Shown: piece after piece, positions 50,319 to 61,412 of the stretch
Numbering within the stretch: position 1 is the first letter of the stretch
Layout of the letters: every line of letters begins with the position of its first letter
From: Candidatus Bathyarchaeota archaeon
Lineage (GTDB): Archaea; Thermoproteota; Bathyarchaeia; Bathyarchaeales; Bathycorpusculaceae
Length of the DNA stretch: 64,000 nt
Assembly: GCA_963767735.1 (NCBI GenBank)
Contig: CAVYES010000005.1
Location: 320,001 to 384,000, forward strand
Direction of reading: 5' to 3'
The notes under the pieces: generated by a model
What the model saw: only the letters and a program-made list of their open reading frames with translations
Told to the model about the DNA's origin: nothing
Databases searched by the model: none
Program-made: the position numbers and the translations under genes

Positions 50319-51953
50319 ATGGATATGCGAAGTGACGAGATTAAACTTGGACCTGAACGGGCACCACACCGCGCCCTGCTTAAAAGTTTAGGTTTAACAG
50401 ACCAAGATATAGCTAAACCATTCATAGGAATAGCAAACAGTTACACGTCAATCGTTCCAGGGCACATTCACCTAAGAGCCTTAGGCGAAGCCGTGAAAGA
50501 AGGCATTTTGGAAGCCGGCGGAACACCCTTCGAATTCAACACCATAGCCGTATGCGACGGCATAGCGATGGGTCACGAAGGCATGCGATATTCGCTTCCA
50601 AGCCGCGAATTAATCGCAGATTCAGTAGAAATCATGATGCAAGCCCACCGTTTAGACGGTATGGTGCTGATTTCAAACTGCGACAAAGTCACCCCAGGCA
50701 TGCTTATGGCAGCAGCACGACTAAACGTGCCCGCAATATTGGTTACGGGGGGACCCATGGAGTCAGGCATACTGAACGGGCAAAAAGTCGGTGTCAACAA
50801 CGTTTTTGAAGCAGTCGGCAAAGTTTTCGCAGGCAAAATGACAGTGGAGGAATCGGCGATGCTGGAGAACGTGGCTTGTCCAGGCTGCGGCTCCTGCAAC
50901 GGCATGTTCACAGCCAACACCATGGCATGCATGACTGAAGCGTTAGGCATGTCTCTTCCTTACTGCGCTACGGCACTGGCGAATGGCGCATTGAAGCAGA
51001 GAATCGCAAAAGAAACAGGACAAAAAATCGTTGAACTCATCAAAAAAGACACCAAGCCCTCCCAGATAATGACTCAGAACGCTTTCGAAAACGCTGCAGC
51101 AGTTGACATGGCTCTTGGAGGCTCAACAAACACGGTTCTGCACCTCTCAGCCATAGCCAAAGAAGCAGGAGCAAAACTTGACCTCTCAACCTACGACGAG
51201 ATCGGACGGAAAGTCCCGCACTTATGCAACATGGTTCCAACAGGCTCTTTTGACATGGCAGACTTAGGAAATGCAGGCGGTTTGCCAGCCTTGATTAAAG
51301 AGCTTAAGCCGTTCGAGCATTTTGACGCTTTAACAGTTACGGGTAAAACGGTTGGCGAAAACGTTGCAGACGCCAAGGTGATAAACGCCGAAGTTATCCG
51401 CCCTCTGAGTAATCCAGTTCACAAAGAAGGCGGCATCGCCATACTCAGAGGCAACTTGGCGCCTCAAGGTTCGGTGGTTAAAATGGCGGCGGTCTCGCCT
51501 AAAATGATGAAGCATCAAGGTCCAGCAAAAGTTTACGATTCAGAACACCAGGCGGAAGAATCTATGAAACGCCACGAAGTGGTAGCTGGCGACATCGTGG
51601 TGATTCGTTATGAAGGGCCAAGAGGCGGGCCCGGAATGCCTGAAATGCTGATTCCCACAGCCACCATCGCGGGCATGGGTTTGAGCGAAAGCGTAGCCTT
51701 AATAACTGACGGCAGATTCTCCGGCGCGACTCGTGGACCATGCATCGGGCACGTTGCCCCTGAAGCCTTCGAAGGCGGACCAATCGCAGCACTTAAAAAC
51801 GGCGACAAAATAACCATCGACATCCCCAACAGACTTCTGAAAGTTGAGCTGTCAGACAAAGAGCTAAAAGAAAGGTTATCTGCGTGGAAGCCACGGAAAC
51901 CTAAAATTTCCAAAGGCTACCTAAGCAGATACTCACCTACCCCATCAGAATAA
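50319..51953 (+). CDS. ilvD: Dihydroxy-acid dehydratase
   Basis: [40 protein letters not shown]. Confidence 0.96.
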   Translation: MDMRSDEIKLGPERAPHRALLKSLGLTDQDIAKPFIGIANSYTSIVPGHIHLRALGEAVKEGILEAGGTPFEFNTIAVCDGIAMGHEGMRYSLPSRELIADSVEIMMQAHRLDGMVLISNCDKVTPGMLMAAARLNVPAILVTGGPMESGILNGQKVGVNNVFEAVGKVFAGKMTVEESAMLENVACPGCGSCNGMFTANTMACMTEALGMSLPYCATALANGALKQRIAKETGQKIVELIKKDTKPSQIMTQNAFENAAAVDMALGGSTNTVLHLSAIAKEAGAKLDLSTYDEIGRKVPHLCNMVPTGSFDMADLGNAGGLPALIKELKPFEHFDALTVTGKTVGENVADAKVINAEVIRPLSNPVHKEGGIAILRGNLAPQGSVVKMAAVSPKMMKHQGPAKVYDSEHQAEESMKRHEVVAGDIVVIRYEGPRGGPGMPEMLIPTATIAGMGLSESVALITDGRFSGATRGPCIGHVAPEAFEGGPIAALKNGDKITIDIPNRLLKVELSDKELKERLSAWKPRKPKISKGYLSRYSPTPSE

Positions 51954-52035
51954 CCACAGAGAAACTTCGCAAAAGCAGACAGAATAAGATAAGCTTAATT
52001 CGCTCCCTTATCTGAAAGAATATGGGTAATAATTC

Positions 52036-52480
52036 TTGAGGAAAGAATTAGCGAGCAGTATCGAGATTAACGCCTCACCTGAAGAAGTTTGGTCGGTGCT
52101 TACGGATTTCGCAAAGTTCCCCGATTGGAACCCATTTATGCGCTGGGCAAAAGGTGAACTCAGAGCGGGGGCGAAACTTGAAGTGCGCATTCAGCCCACA
52201 GGAGCACGAGGGTCAACTTTCAAACCGACAGTACTCGTCGTTAATCCGCCCAGAGAGCTCAGGTGGATTGGTCATCTATGGATAAGCGGATTTTTCGACG
52301 GAGAACACATCTTAACAATTGAACCAATCGGAAACAACAATGCGCGCTTTGAACAAAAAGAAATTTTTAATGGGCTTTTTGTCAGGCTTCTAGCTGAAAA
52401 GCCTCGATAGAGACACACTTCGCGGCTTCAATGAAATGAATAAAGCGCTGAAGAAGCAAGTGGAACTCCACCCTAAATAA
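52036..52480 (+). pseudogene. SRPBCC/polyketide-cyclase-like protein, frameshifted near the C-terminus
   Basis: One extra base in gaaaagc (~52397); alternate frame gives SLDRDTLRGFNEMNKALKKQVE to TAA at 52480. Confidence 0.8.
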
Positions 52481-52741
52481 GACTTATTTAACACTCCAAA
52501 TCAAGCATTGCTTCACTTTACCGATGCCAAAAAATCACGTGCGCTTTAACTTATTTTGCTTGTTTAAGCGGTATTTCCGTTGATTGTGGTAGTGGCGCAA
52601 CTACTGCAAATGCTTTTACGGCGAAAACCGTTAATTTTTCTTACTATCCAGTTTTAATCTGCATATTGTTGTTTGGCGCGCAAAGTATGAATGTTGGTTG
52701 GAAGTGTTTTTTATGGTGTTAGTTGAAGGAATCGAAATCAA

Positions 52742-53069
52742 GATGAAAGCTAAGCCTATACACAAAAAACGGCTTGTTAAAGCCTGGAAAACTTTATCGA
52801 GTAAGCCGCTGCCTAAAGTTAAAGCACTCAAATTAAGCGATGAAGATTTTAACCATGTTATTCAGCGCAGGCACTGTTTTGAAGATGAATTGTGCGAGAT
52901 TGAGGAATGGGGCAGGGTTCTTTCAACCAGCGGCACGGATGCATGTGTGTTTAACGCTGAAGAAACCCGAGACGCCGACTACGTTATACTTGTGAGGCAA
53001 AACCCACACCACGGCTTAGATGAAATTATTCTTCATGAATTATCTCATATCGCCCGAGGAGACCTTTAA
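52742..53069 (+). CDS. Small HExxH hypothetical protein
   Basis: IILHELSHIARG at the C-terminus; start uncertain. Confidence 0.6.
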
Positions 53070-54019
53070 CCACCCGTCTTATTCATGATTCCTTCAGCAA
53101 ACAGCCTCAAGCCCTCAACGCTGGGCAAATCCCCAAAATAAAGCATAAAGCAAGTCACGCCAAGGTCAACATAAACCTGCAATTGCTCTCTGCACTGCTG
53201 AGCCGTACCCACCAAAGAAGTCTTCTTAAACTCTTCCAAAGTCAAACCCAAAACATTTTTTTGTGAAATTTTTTCGTTTACCTCACTTTCATCCTGACCA
53301 ATCAGCACCTGCCCACCTGGCCAGCAGGATTTCTCAATTTCGCCAAAATTTCTGCCAATCGCCCGACATTCCTTCTCTAAAACCTCAAGCTTGCACTTAT
53401 ACCGCTCAACAGAAGGCTGGAAGCCAAAGTCAAACCTGTTAGCATACGGAGCAGTCACTTTCCTCAGCAGCAGTTTGCCGCTGCCCCCTACGGTTATAGG
53501 CGGGTGAGGTTTCTGCAAGGGTTTGGGCTGACAAACTGCATCCTTCAGCGAATAATACTTCCCTTCGAAGTTTGCCTTGTCCTGTGTCCATAATTGCTCT
53601 ATAACCTCCAAAGACTCGACTAAACGGTTAATTCTAACGCTTGGTTTGGGATAATCAAACCCGTAAGCCGTGTGCTCCGCCTCTTGGATTCCTGCTCCAA
53701 TCCCAAACTCTAATCTGCCGTTTGAAAGCACATCAAACGTAGCAGCCATCTTCGCTAACAAAGCTGGGTTTCTATGTGCGCTGCAGGAAACCATGGTTCC
53801 AAGTCGTATTCTGCTGGTTAACGCTAAGAGTGCAGACAGGGTTGTCCAGGATTCAAGAATCGACCAATAATCATACATTAAATGGTCGTCAAGCCAAACT
53901 GAATGGTAACCTAAGCGTTCACACTCTAAAACAATGTCCCGAATGTGGCTGAAGCTTCCCTTATCTTTTGTTTGGAACGCGTAGAATGGAAGGAAGACTC
54001 CGAATTTTAGTTTGCCCAA
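53066..54019 (-). CDS. LLM-class (F420-dependent) oxidoreductase
   Basis: SVWLDDH, RNPALLAKMAATFDVLSNGR, PKPLQKPHPPI. Confidence 0.92.
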   Translation of the reverse strand: MGKLKFGVFLPFYAFQTKDKGSFSHIRDIVLECERLGYHSVWLDDHLMYDYWSILESWTTLSALLALTSRIRLGTMVSCSAHRNPALLAKMAATFDVLSNGRLEFGIGAGIQEAEHTAYGFDYPKPSVRINRLVESLEVIEQLWTQDKANFEGKYYSLKDAVCQPKPLQKPHPPITVGGSGKLLLRKVTAPYANRFDFGFQPSVERYKCKLEVLEKECRAIGRNFGEIEKSCWPGGQVLIGQDESEVNEKISQKNVLGLTLEEFKKTSLVGTAQQCREQLQVYVDLGVTCFMLYFGDLPSVEGLRLFAEGIMNKTGG

Positions 54020-54107
54020 GCTAAGCTCCAGCCTGCTGACCCATAATTTAAAGGTTAATAAAATTGTTACCTATTGTTGTTTCTAAAACTAAATTTTTTC
54101 AACGACA

Positions 54108-55418
54108 TTAATCTAAAAATCTCGAAGCTATTTTAGCAGGCATATCCAGTTTAGCGCTTTTCTGAGTTTTCTTCTTCCAAACATACGCAAAGGCTATCAG
54201 AACCGCAACGAAGAGAACGGGTATGGCTATCAATAAAGATAACGAGACAAGCGGCGTCGAGGTAGGAGCCGTCGAGGTAGGAGTTGTCGTGGATTCGGTA
54301 GTTGTAGCATACATGCAATAGGCAATATCAGTGGTTGGTTCCGGCGGGTTTCCAGAGAAGCTTATGTGTGGGTTGCCATTGGAATCTAATACCATATTAT
54401 AGTCTGGTAGGGGGCCTACTTCTGAAGCGTTATTTGGGTCAACAGTTTGCGTGGCCCAAGCCTTGCCCGTCCATGTAGCATACAATAAAGTGCCTTCATA
54501 ATCTCCGTAAGTTTCCTTATAGTAGGCCACATGTGGGTTATTGTGCGAGTCTAACGCAAGATAGCCTGCATCTTCAGAATTGAAGTTTGAAGCCACTGTT
54601 TGAGTTTTCCAAGCGGAACCAGTCCAGCTGTCATACGTTAATGTTTCACCCTTGTAATAGGTAAAGTGCGGGTAACCGTTGGAGTCTAAGACCAGGTTTC
54701 CATAGTATCCGTCAATTATATTAGAGACTACGGTTTGTATACTCCAAGCTGATCCATTCCACACGGCATATTTGACGGATGTAGACGAGGCGTACCCGTT
54801 TTTAATAATGGTATAGTTGCCGCCGTAGAGGATGTATGGATTGTTGTTTGAATCTAATGCCAGATAGGCACCACTATTATTTCCTGAGTCTACTGTTTGG
54901 ATGCTCCAACTTGACCCTGTCCAACTTGCATATTTGAGGTCTCCATTACCTCCGAGGTACGCTACGTGCGGATTGCCTGCTGAATCGAGTGCAAGAGAAC
55001 CACAACTTCCCTGGAAAGGTAGGGTTTGGATAGTCCAGTTTACGCCTGTCCAGCTGGCATACATCAGGGCTGGAATTTCATTTATGTTACCCAGAAGCAA
55101 TACGTGAGGGTTGTTATGGGCATCTATTTTGAGGTCAATAGCCCAAGCATTTGGGGTTACAATTTGTGTGTTCCATGTTGAGCGGTTCAAGCTTGCATAC
55201 ATCAGATAAACTGTGTTTTGATAGTACCCGTTTTCATAGTCAGAATAGGCGATATATGGGTTATTATTAGAGTCGAGGGCAATTATGCCTCCGCCACTGC
55301 TGTCTTTGTCTACTGTTTGGATATTCCATGTCAAGGCAGCATGAGCTGGAAGCACCGAGCAGAAAGACACCAACAAGATGAATAGAAGAAGAAAACTCAA
55401 CAACACACAAACTCGCAT
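54108..55418 (-). CDS. Secreted repeat (beta-propeller-like) surface protein with TM anchor
   Basis: Repeats LALDSNxNPHxxY..YAxWTGxxWxIQTVD; signal peptide; TM + KKK. Confidence 0.8.
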   Translation of the reverse strand: MRVCVLLSFLLLFILLVSFCSVLPAHAALTWNIQTVDKDSSGGGIIALDSNNNPYIAYSDYENGYYQNTVYLMYASLNRSTWNTQIVTPNAWAIDLKIDAHNNPHVLLLGNINEIPALMYASWTGVNWTIQTLPFQGSCGSLALDSAGNPHVAYLGGNGDLKYASWTGSSWSIQTVDSGNNSGAYLALDSNNNPYILYGGNYTIIKNGYASSTSVKYAVWNGSAWSIQTVVSNIIDGYYGNLVLDSNGYPHFTYYKGETLTYDSWTGSAWKTQTVASNFNSEDAGYLALDSHNNPHVAYYKETYGDYEGTLLYATWTGKAWATQTVDPNNASEVGPLPDYNMVLDSNGNPHISFSGNPPEPTTDIAYCMYATTTESTTTPTSTAPTSTPLVSLSLLIAIPVLFVAVLIAFAYVWKKKTQKSAKLDMPAKIASRFLD

Positions 55419-55518
55419 TTTTGTGGCTACCTCGTCAAAGCACTAAAACAGCTTATAATTTTGCAACTATAAAAAATTATGCAAATCTTCATTTGGGCGG
55501 CTTTATCATAGCAAGTCA

Positions 55519-56971
55519 TCATTTAGTGGGTACTTGTTTCCTTACGTCTTTTCCTCTTATGATGGATAATACGCCTGCAATTGCCAGGATTATTATTGAT
55601 GCGTAAAATGCGTGGTCTATGCCTGATATGAATGTTTGGCTGACGCCGCCTGTGAGGCTTTTGGTTCCGATAAACACTTCGAATGCTACATACCTGGGTA
55701 TTGAGGCTGCTGCAACTGAGATTGCTAAAACGTAGCTTCCGACTAATCCGATGTTTTGCACCATTCGCAGCAAGCCTGAGATGCTGCCAAACGATCCTGT
55801 TCTTGCATTTGCCATGACGGCGCTGTTGTTGGCTGGGAAGAACATGGAGGTTCCTAAGCCGGAGACTGCTGAAGCGAAAAGCACGATGTAGAGCGGCGAG
55901 GTTGCACCCATTGTTAAGTAAATCAGTATGGCGACGGCTAAGAAGAATATTCCCAGTGTAGCGATTTCTCTTGAACCGTACTTGTCGGATAATCTGCCCA
56001 TTATTGGACCAAGAAAACTGCCTGCCACATATCCAGGAACCAGCAGTAAAGAAGCATTCAGCGGCGTCAACGCTCTTATTCCCTGCAGATACATTATCAC
56101 GAGGAACACTACGGAGAAGTAGCCGATACTTACAAATAACGCTGAAAAGATTGCGTTCCGCAGAACCCTGTTTTTGAAGGCTTCAAAATCAATCATGGCA
56201 TTTTTAATCCTGCGATCATACAATATGAAAACAGGTATCAGCACCGCGCCAATTACTGATAAAGTGACGTTTAAGGAGTTGATTCCGTTTGAAGCAAAAT
56301 TTACTAATCCCAAAGAGAGCAGTACCAATGCTGCGGCAAGCAGGCCCATTCCAGCCAGGTCCAATTTGGCAGGTGTTTTTTCGGTGTCCTTTATGTATTT
56401 TAAGCCCGCTATCACCGCGATTATGCCGATTGGGATGTTTATGAAAAAGATGTACTGCCAGCTAACGTAGGTGGTGATTATTCCTCCTAAAACGATGCCA
56501 AGCATTGCTCCAGCCGTAAAGCCAAGCGAATTGTAACCGTATGCTCTGCCGCGTCTTTCTCTGGGAAAATAGTCAGCTATTATGGCTCCGCTGGTTGCTT
56601 GCAGAAGGGCTCCGCCTGCCGCCTGAATTGTTCGGAAGCCTATGAGAAGATAGATTTGACGGTGAGAAACCGCAGAGGGCTGAGCCGACTGTGAAGATTA
56701 CGAAGCCTAAGTTGAATATTTTGCTTCTGCCGAAGATGTCTCCTATTCTTCCCATCTGCGCGGTTGCAACGGCGAGAACAAGAAGATAAGCAAGAATAAT
56801 CCACAGAGACGTTGACAGGTCTGAGTGGAGCTTGTCATTTATGGTTGGAAAAGCCAGCAGAACGATTGTACTGTCAAGCGCACCCATGAGAGTTCCAAGC
56901 ATCACGATGGCTAACACTATATTGCTGTGTCTTCCAGGGCTAGAAATCGGTTTGCCGGGTGCTTCTTGCAT
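55519..56971 (-). pseudogene. DHA2-family MFS transporter, frameshifted
   Basis: ORFs 56573-56971 and 55519-56505 join if one A is removed near 56656 ([27 protein letters not shown]). Confidence 0.85.
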
Positions 56972-57135
56972 TCAATTCACCGTTAGCTACCTTTCTTTTG
57001 GAATCGTATTGTTAATTAAAATTTACTTGGTTCCTTTAAAAATATTAACTAATTTACTGAGGTAGACAACTAAAAACATAGAGTTTCTTAAGTTAAAAAG
57101 TGTATTGATTGGAGACAATAAACTGCAAAACCAGA

Positions 57136-57176
57136 GGATAAGTAATTATCCTATAGGAAGTGGCGATGTCTCCCGC
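57136..57176 (+). repeat. Palindrome GGATAA-GTAA-TTATCC plus the 19-bp motif (57158-57176)
   Basis: GGATAAGTAATTAT recurs at 59484-59497; motif aagtggcgatgtctcccgc. Confidence 0.7.
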
Positions 57177-57287
57177 AAACCCCTTTTTCTTTAAGTATAC
57201 TTAGCGAAATAGTCAAAAGGTGATAAGTATTGGAATCGAAAATCGTTAATTGCCTTAGGAGCAAGCTTGATTTGAGAGATAAGAGTG

Positions 57288-58397
57288 CTATAGTTTTTTA
57301 AAGTCTTCCAATGCCTTCTTGAGATCCATTGCCGCGTTGAAAGATAGATCGTCAGTGTCGTATTCAATTCTTTTTAAGCCCTTAAGGTTTGGAGGCAGAT
57401 CTACTTTTCTCTCAACCAACAGAACAACCTGCGTATTGTATTTCAGATAGGCCGCATCGATTTCAGAGGTTACATTTGAATTAAGGATGTAGATTCCGCT
57501 GTACCTTCGCTCCTGTTCAGCGGCAGCGATGTTTATTATTGCACAATCACAGTCTTGCATCAACCCGAATTTATTTTCAGAAATTGGCACAGTTGTTTCT
57601 TCTTTATCGCCCATGACGTAGTCATAATGCAGAAAATCCAACATTTTCTTCACCTGGTCAGAAACTTGGGTGCTGCTATTAGATATGAAGACACGAGGTT
57701 TCAGACCTTCTTTTTGGGGCTCATTTGGCGCTCTTTCAACAAAAGGTGCTGTTTTAGTCACTTGGTCGTCAATTACATATGCAGGTGGCGCCTCAAAGGT
57801 GACTGGTAAGCTTGCAAGGTTTTTAATCCTGGCAGCATAGCGCTTATTCATTAGTTCATTTATGCGTAGCAGCTGAAGTTCAATTCCATTTTCCAATGCT
57901 GTTATTTTTCCCTCTAGAGCGGTGTCATCAAAATCGGGTGCTACAATTATGCCCTTTTGTGCTCTTCCGTTTACTAGCACTTTGACAAAGGCTTCAACAT
58001 CAGCCAAGCGGACAGGATCGGATTGTTTAATCAAAAGAGGTTGACCTCCCTCGGTAAACCCGCTTACGCCTGTAGCTGGGTCGCTTGGTTTGCCATTGAA
58101 TTTTTTTATTACCCGGTCTTCGAAGTCACTGGAGGAAACTCCGCCATTTAGACTCTTTTCATTCCTCCTTTTCTTAAAAACAAATACAAAAGTGACAACA
58201 ACAACTACTGCTACAACCGCTATGATTCCGCCAATAAGTAATAAGGCAGAGGTACTTCCAAGTATTCCTGCTTTGGTTGGGGTTGGCTGTGTCGTTGAGC
58301 TTGGTGTTAATGTTTGGCAATAGGATATTTGCGGAAGGACTACAACTAAAAAAAAGAAACACGCTATAATAGTGGCTACTAGGAATTTTTTATTCAT
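57288..58397 (-). CDS. Membrane-anchored protein: signal peptide + TM + Mrr-like domain + TIR-like (CAP12/Pycsar-type) domain
   Basis: FEDRVI..KQS..VEAF..KGIIVA (Mrr_cat-like); PRVFIS..NVTSEI..VDLPPNLKGLKRIEY (TIR-like). Confidence 0.7.
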   Translation of the reverse strand: MNKKFLVATIIACFFFLVVVLPQISYCQTLTPSSTTQPTPTKAGILGSTSALLLIGGIIAVVAVVVVVTFVFVFKKRRNEKSLNGGVSSSDFEDRVIKKFNGKPSDPATGVSGFTEGGQPLLIKQSDPVRLADVEAFVKVLVNGRAQKGIIVAPDFDDTALEGKITALENGIELQLLRINELMNKRYAARIKNLASLPVTFEAPPAYVIDDQVTKTAPFVERAPNEPQKEGLKPRVFISNSSTQVSDQVKKMLDFLHYDYVMGDKEETTVPISENKFGLMQDCDCAIINIAAAEQERRYSGIYILNSNVTSEIDAAYLKYNTQVVLLVERKVDLPPNLKGLKRIEYDTDDLSFNAAMDLKKALEDFKKL

Positions 58398-58630
58398 GAT
58401 TTTGCATTCCTTTGATGTGGATAATGTTTAACTTCCCGACCATAGGTAAATACCTACTGTGAATGGAAGGTTATTGGTATATCGCCTTAAAAAACTATTG
58501 AAAAGAAATGCCTAGTCTCAAATTCAGCTTTCGAGTACTCGTTGTCAATTTTTGTTTACGAAAGCAATGAGAGCGATACTCTAGTTTCTCAGAAATCGCT
58601 CGGTCTACAGTTTTCATTCATTGTAGTGTA

Positions 58631-58673
58631 GAGGGTGGATTTGAACCTTTACCGAAGTGGAGATGTCACCCGT
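58631..58673. repeat. Decayed tRNA 3'-end-like sequence plus the 19-bp motif
   Basis: gagggtggatttgaacc followed by aagtggagatgtcacccgt (58655-58673), same layout as 35660 and 40668. Confidence 0.7.
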
Positions 58674-58723
58674 AATCCCATTTTCTTGCGCAGGTTCTAT
58701 GCCGTCTTTTTTTCCTTTGAGGC

Positions 58724-59143
58724 TTAGTTTGATGACCTATTTCGTCGGTTTTCGATATATATTCGTTGTCCGTTCAGCATATATCCGATTCCCAGTAAGA
58801 TGAGAATGAACTCGCCGGCTGTAACGGCAGGTGGAGGGGCAACTGTGAAGAAAAACTTTGCTTGATCGGCGGGCGCGGTTAAGAAAATTAGTGCAGCGTC
58901 GATTACCGCCAAGACGCCAGCGACTCTTGGTCTTCGCCACAGAGAGACCAGCCCTGCAATCGGAAGCAACAACCCCACTGTCACAAAAAATACTGCGAAC
59001 CAAAGGGTCCGTATCTCGTTCTCGCGGGTCTCAAATCCCAATGGAGTTAACAGGAAGCCCACAACGAATCCCACCACAAACAAAACTGCCAATATCCGCT
59101 TTGTGTCCCCCAAAGAAGCCTTTGCGTCAAAAAATGAAGCCAT
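58724..59143 (-). CDS. Four-TM hypothetical membrane protein
   Basis: 139-aa hydrophobic ORF. Confidence 0.7.
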   Translation of the reverse strand: MASFFDAKASLGDTKRILAVLFVVGFVVGFLLTPLGFETRENEIRTLWFAVFFVTVGLLLPIAGLVSLWRRPRVAGVLAVIDAALIFLTAPADQAKFFFTVAPPPAVTAGEFILILLGIGYMLNGQRIYIENRRNRSSN

Positions 59144-59549
59144 AAAAAATCACTTAAAGAATCTGTAAGTTAATCACTAATTAAAGCGTTTAGATGCGAT
59201 ACTACTAACGAGATGTAAGTGATAGCTGTAGGGGAACAGCTTGAATTAAAAGTTGAAATCACATTGACTCCTTGTGCGACTTGTTGCGAACCTCCTCTTC
59301 AAAACGCAAAATGGCCGAGACTATGAGTTACTGCTACCACACCTGATGAGATTCTAGCTTTAGGAAAGGCTTGCTGGCAAAAATACGCTGAAGCGACTTT
59401 TAACGGTTTGACAATGCATTTCTACCGAAAGCCCAAACGTTTCGGAATCTTCAAAAATATAGAGGATAAGTCCCAGACTATGGGGATAAGTAATTATAAT
59501 TCGTAAACCGTATTTTTAGATTAAACCGCTTCCAGTCGTGGTTCTCTAT

Positions 59550-60119
59550 ATGCCCGAGAAAGACGCTTCTTACGTTGACATATTCGGCTTGTTATCGGAA
59601 GAGAGCCCTGAGCAGGCAAAAAAGAAGCGCAGGCAAGAGCTTTTGGAGCCAACAGGCGTAAAAGAACTATTCAAGGAAGGAAACATAAGCGTGAACAAGT
59701 TTACGTGCGCTGGCGTGCAATGCAAGTTATGCGTTAAAGCTTGCCCAACAAACGCTTTGTACTGGGGAAGTGGCGGAGTAGGAATCACCGAGGACTTGTG
59801 CGTTTACTGCGGCGCTTGCGTCCTTAACTGCATGGTTGATGACTGCATAAAAATCGAACGAACACGGGAAGACGGCAAAGTTGAACTCTTCAGCAAACCG
59901 CAAGACGTTATCAAGCTTGGAGAAAAAATTAACGGAAAGAAACGTTTTGACCGCGTGAAAGCAATTTTCCCAACAGTTGACGCCTACTGCGAAAAATGCC
60001 CCCCGAAGACAGAAAACATTAACCTATTTTTAGAAAAATCTGCTATCAACAGGAATGCCGATGAGCAAAAGCATCAGTTTAGAAAACCCAGTACGCGAAG
60101 GCAACCCAAGAATGAGTAA
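59550..60119 (+). CDS. 4Fe-4S dicluster domain protein
   Basis: CAGVQCKLCVKACP and CVYCGACVLNC. Confidence 0.85.
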   Translation: MPEKDASYVDIFGLLSEESPEQAKKKRRQELLEPTGVKELFKEGNISVNKFTCAGVQCKLCVKACPTNALYWGSGGVGITEDLCVYCGACVLNCMVDDCIKIERTREDGKVELFSKPQDVIKLGEKINGKKRFDRVKAIFPTVDAYCEKCPPKTENINLFLEKSAINRNADEQKHQFRKPSTRRQPKNE

Positions 60120-60133
60120 AACTTACAAAATAA

Positions 60134-61297
60134 TCACGGAACTTTAGGCGGCATGATTGAGACGGCCGTTGCACTTCGAGTAGATAACTCCATTTTATCT
60201 CCAAAACCCTTTTTCACATACGCGTTTTCCAAGAACAATTTGTCACCAATCTTTAATCCACTAAGGGCTTCTGCGTGTTGGCGCCAAGCTGAAATCCGAA
60301 CAGTGCCAGTCTCGTCTTTTAGCTCAAAAACCGTTAGCTTCACGGTTTCACCTTTGGACGTGTTTACTTCTTTGTTTTCAGGAACCGTTGAAACTACCCC
60401 TTCAACGTCGGCGATTTGGTTCTCAGTCAGGTTGGCTATTTTCGTTAACTGCGGTGCAACAGCTTGAACGCTAATAAAACTGGTGAAGTCAACGTGAACT
60501 TCTATGGTGCCGTTTTGGGTTTCTTTCACTTTAGCGTTACCCAATTGCAAACACGCGTTCGCTTTGAGGGTTTTTTCTAATTCTTGGGCTTTTTCATTCC
60601 AAGCAACCACCGTAACTTCTCCAGAATCATCCGCTAAAGTGAACCGCATAACTGTTCCATCACTTTGATCGTTTCGGGTGAACTTGGTTGAGCCTAAAAC
60701 CGATTTTACAGTGCCTGAAAGATGCACATTCCCCACTGTTTTATTTAGGGAATTTATTTTGGTGGCGAACTTGTCGATGGCTGGGTATTCGCTGGCTTTT
60801 TCTTGAGGCTCCACTTCAATTTGGCTTTTGCCACCAAGATGCAACTCCACTTTGGCGTAACGATCTTGTCGCGTATATCCGTGAAGAAGCCGAACTGCCT
60901 GTCCAACTTTCAACTCGCCCTTCTCAACCAAATCAGCCTTATCATTCCACAACACCACACGCACAATACCGTCGCTGTCAGCAACCATTAACGTCGCAAA
61001 TTTGCCAGGTTTTTCTCCTTCAAAAGTTCGCGCTGGAAAAACCGCGATTAACCGACCAGCCACCGTAACATCGTTTAAGCCAGCAAACAAGCGGCTTGTC
61101 GATAACGTTCCACTGTTGCGAATTGTATTTTGCTGTACCTCAACGCCGTATCTGGCGGCGATTAATCTCAGAAGCGTTTCGTCACCAAGCAGACCCCCCG
61201 TTCTGGATTTTTCCACATGTAATTTCTCGAGAATTTGCTCTTTGTTGATTTCTGGGTTTTTTGCAAGAATTTTGTCGATTATGTCTTGGATGGTCAT
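60134..61297 (-). CDS. rpa: Replication protein A-like multi-OB-fold ssDNA-binding protein
   Basis: Three OB folds (ADSDG.VRVVLWN, LADDSGEV.VVAWN, LKDETGTVRISAW). Confidence 0.85.
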   Translation of the reverse strand: MTIQDIIDKILAKNPEINKEQILEKLHVEKSRTGGLLGDETLLRLIAARYGVEVQQNTIRNSGTLSTSRLFAGLNDVTVAGRLIAVFPARTFEGEKPGKFATLMVADSDGIVRVVLWNDKADLVEKGELKVGQAVRLLHGYTRQDRYAKVELHLGGKSQIEVEPQEKASEYPAIDKFATKINSLNKTVGNVHLSGTVKSVLGSTKFTRNDQSDGTVMRFTLADDSGEVTVVAWNEKAQELEKTLKANACLQLGNAKVKETQNGTIEVHVDFTSFISVQAVAPQLTKIANLTENQIADVEGVVSTVPENKEVNTSKGETVKLTVFELKDETGTVRISAWRQHAEALSGLKIGDKLFLENAYVKKGFGDKMELSTRSATAVSIMPPKVP

Positions 61298-61412
61298 TTT
61301 GCGCCGACACGATTAAGATATTCTGGGCTTTTAATTTTTTGCATTCTCTCAACAACGTTGCTATGTTTATTAAAAACGCAGTTCCATCTTAGCTTGGAGC
61401 GCTGAAGACAAA

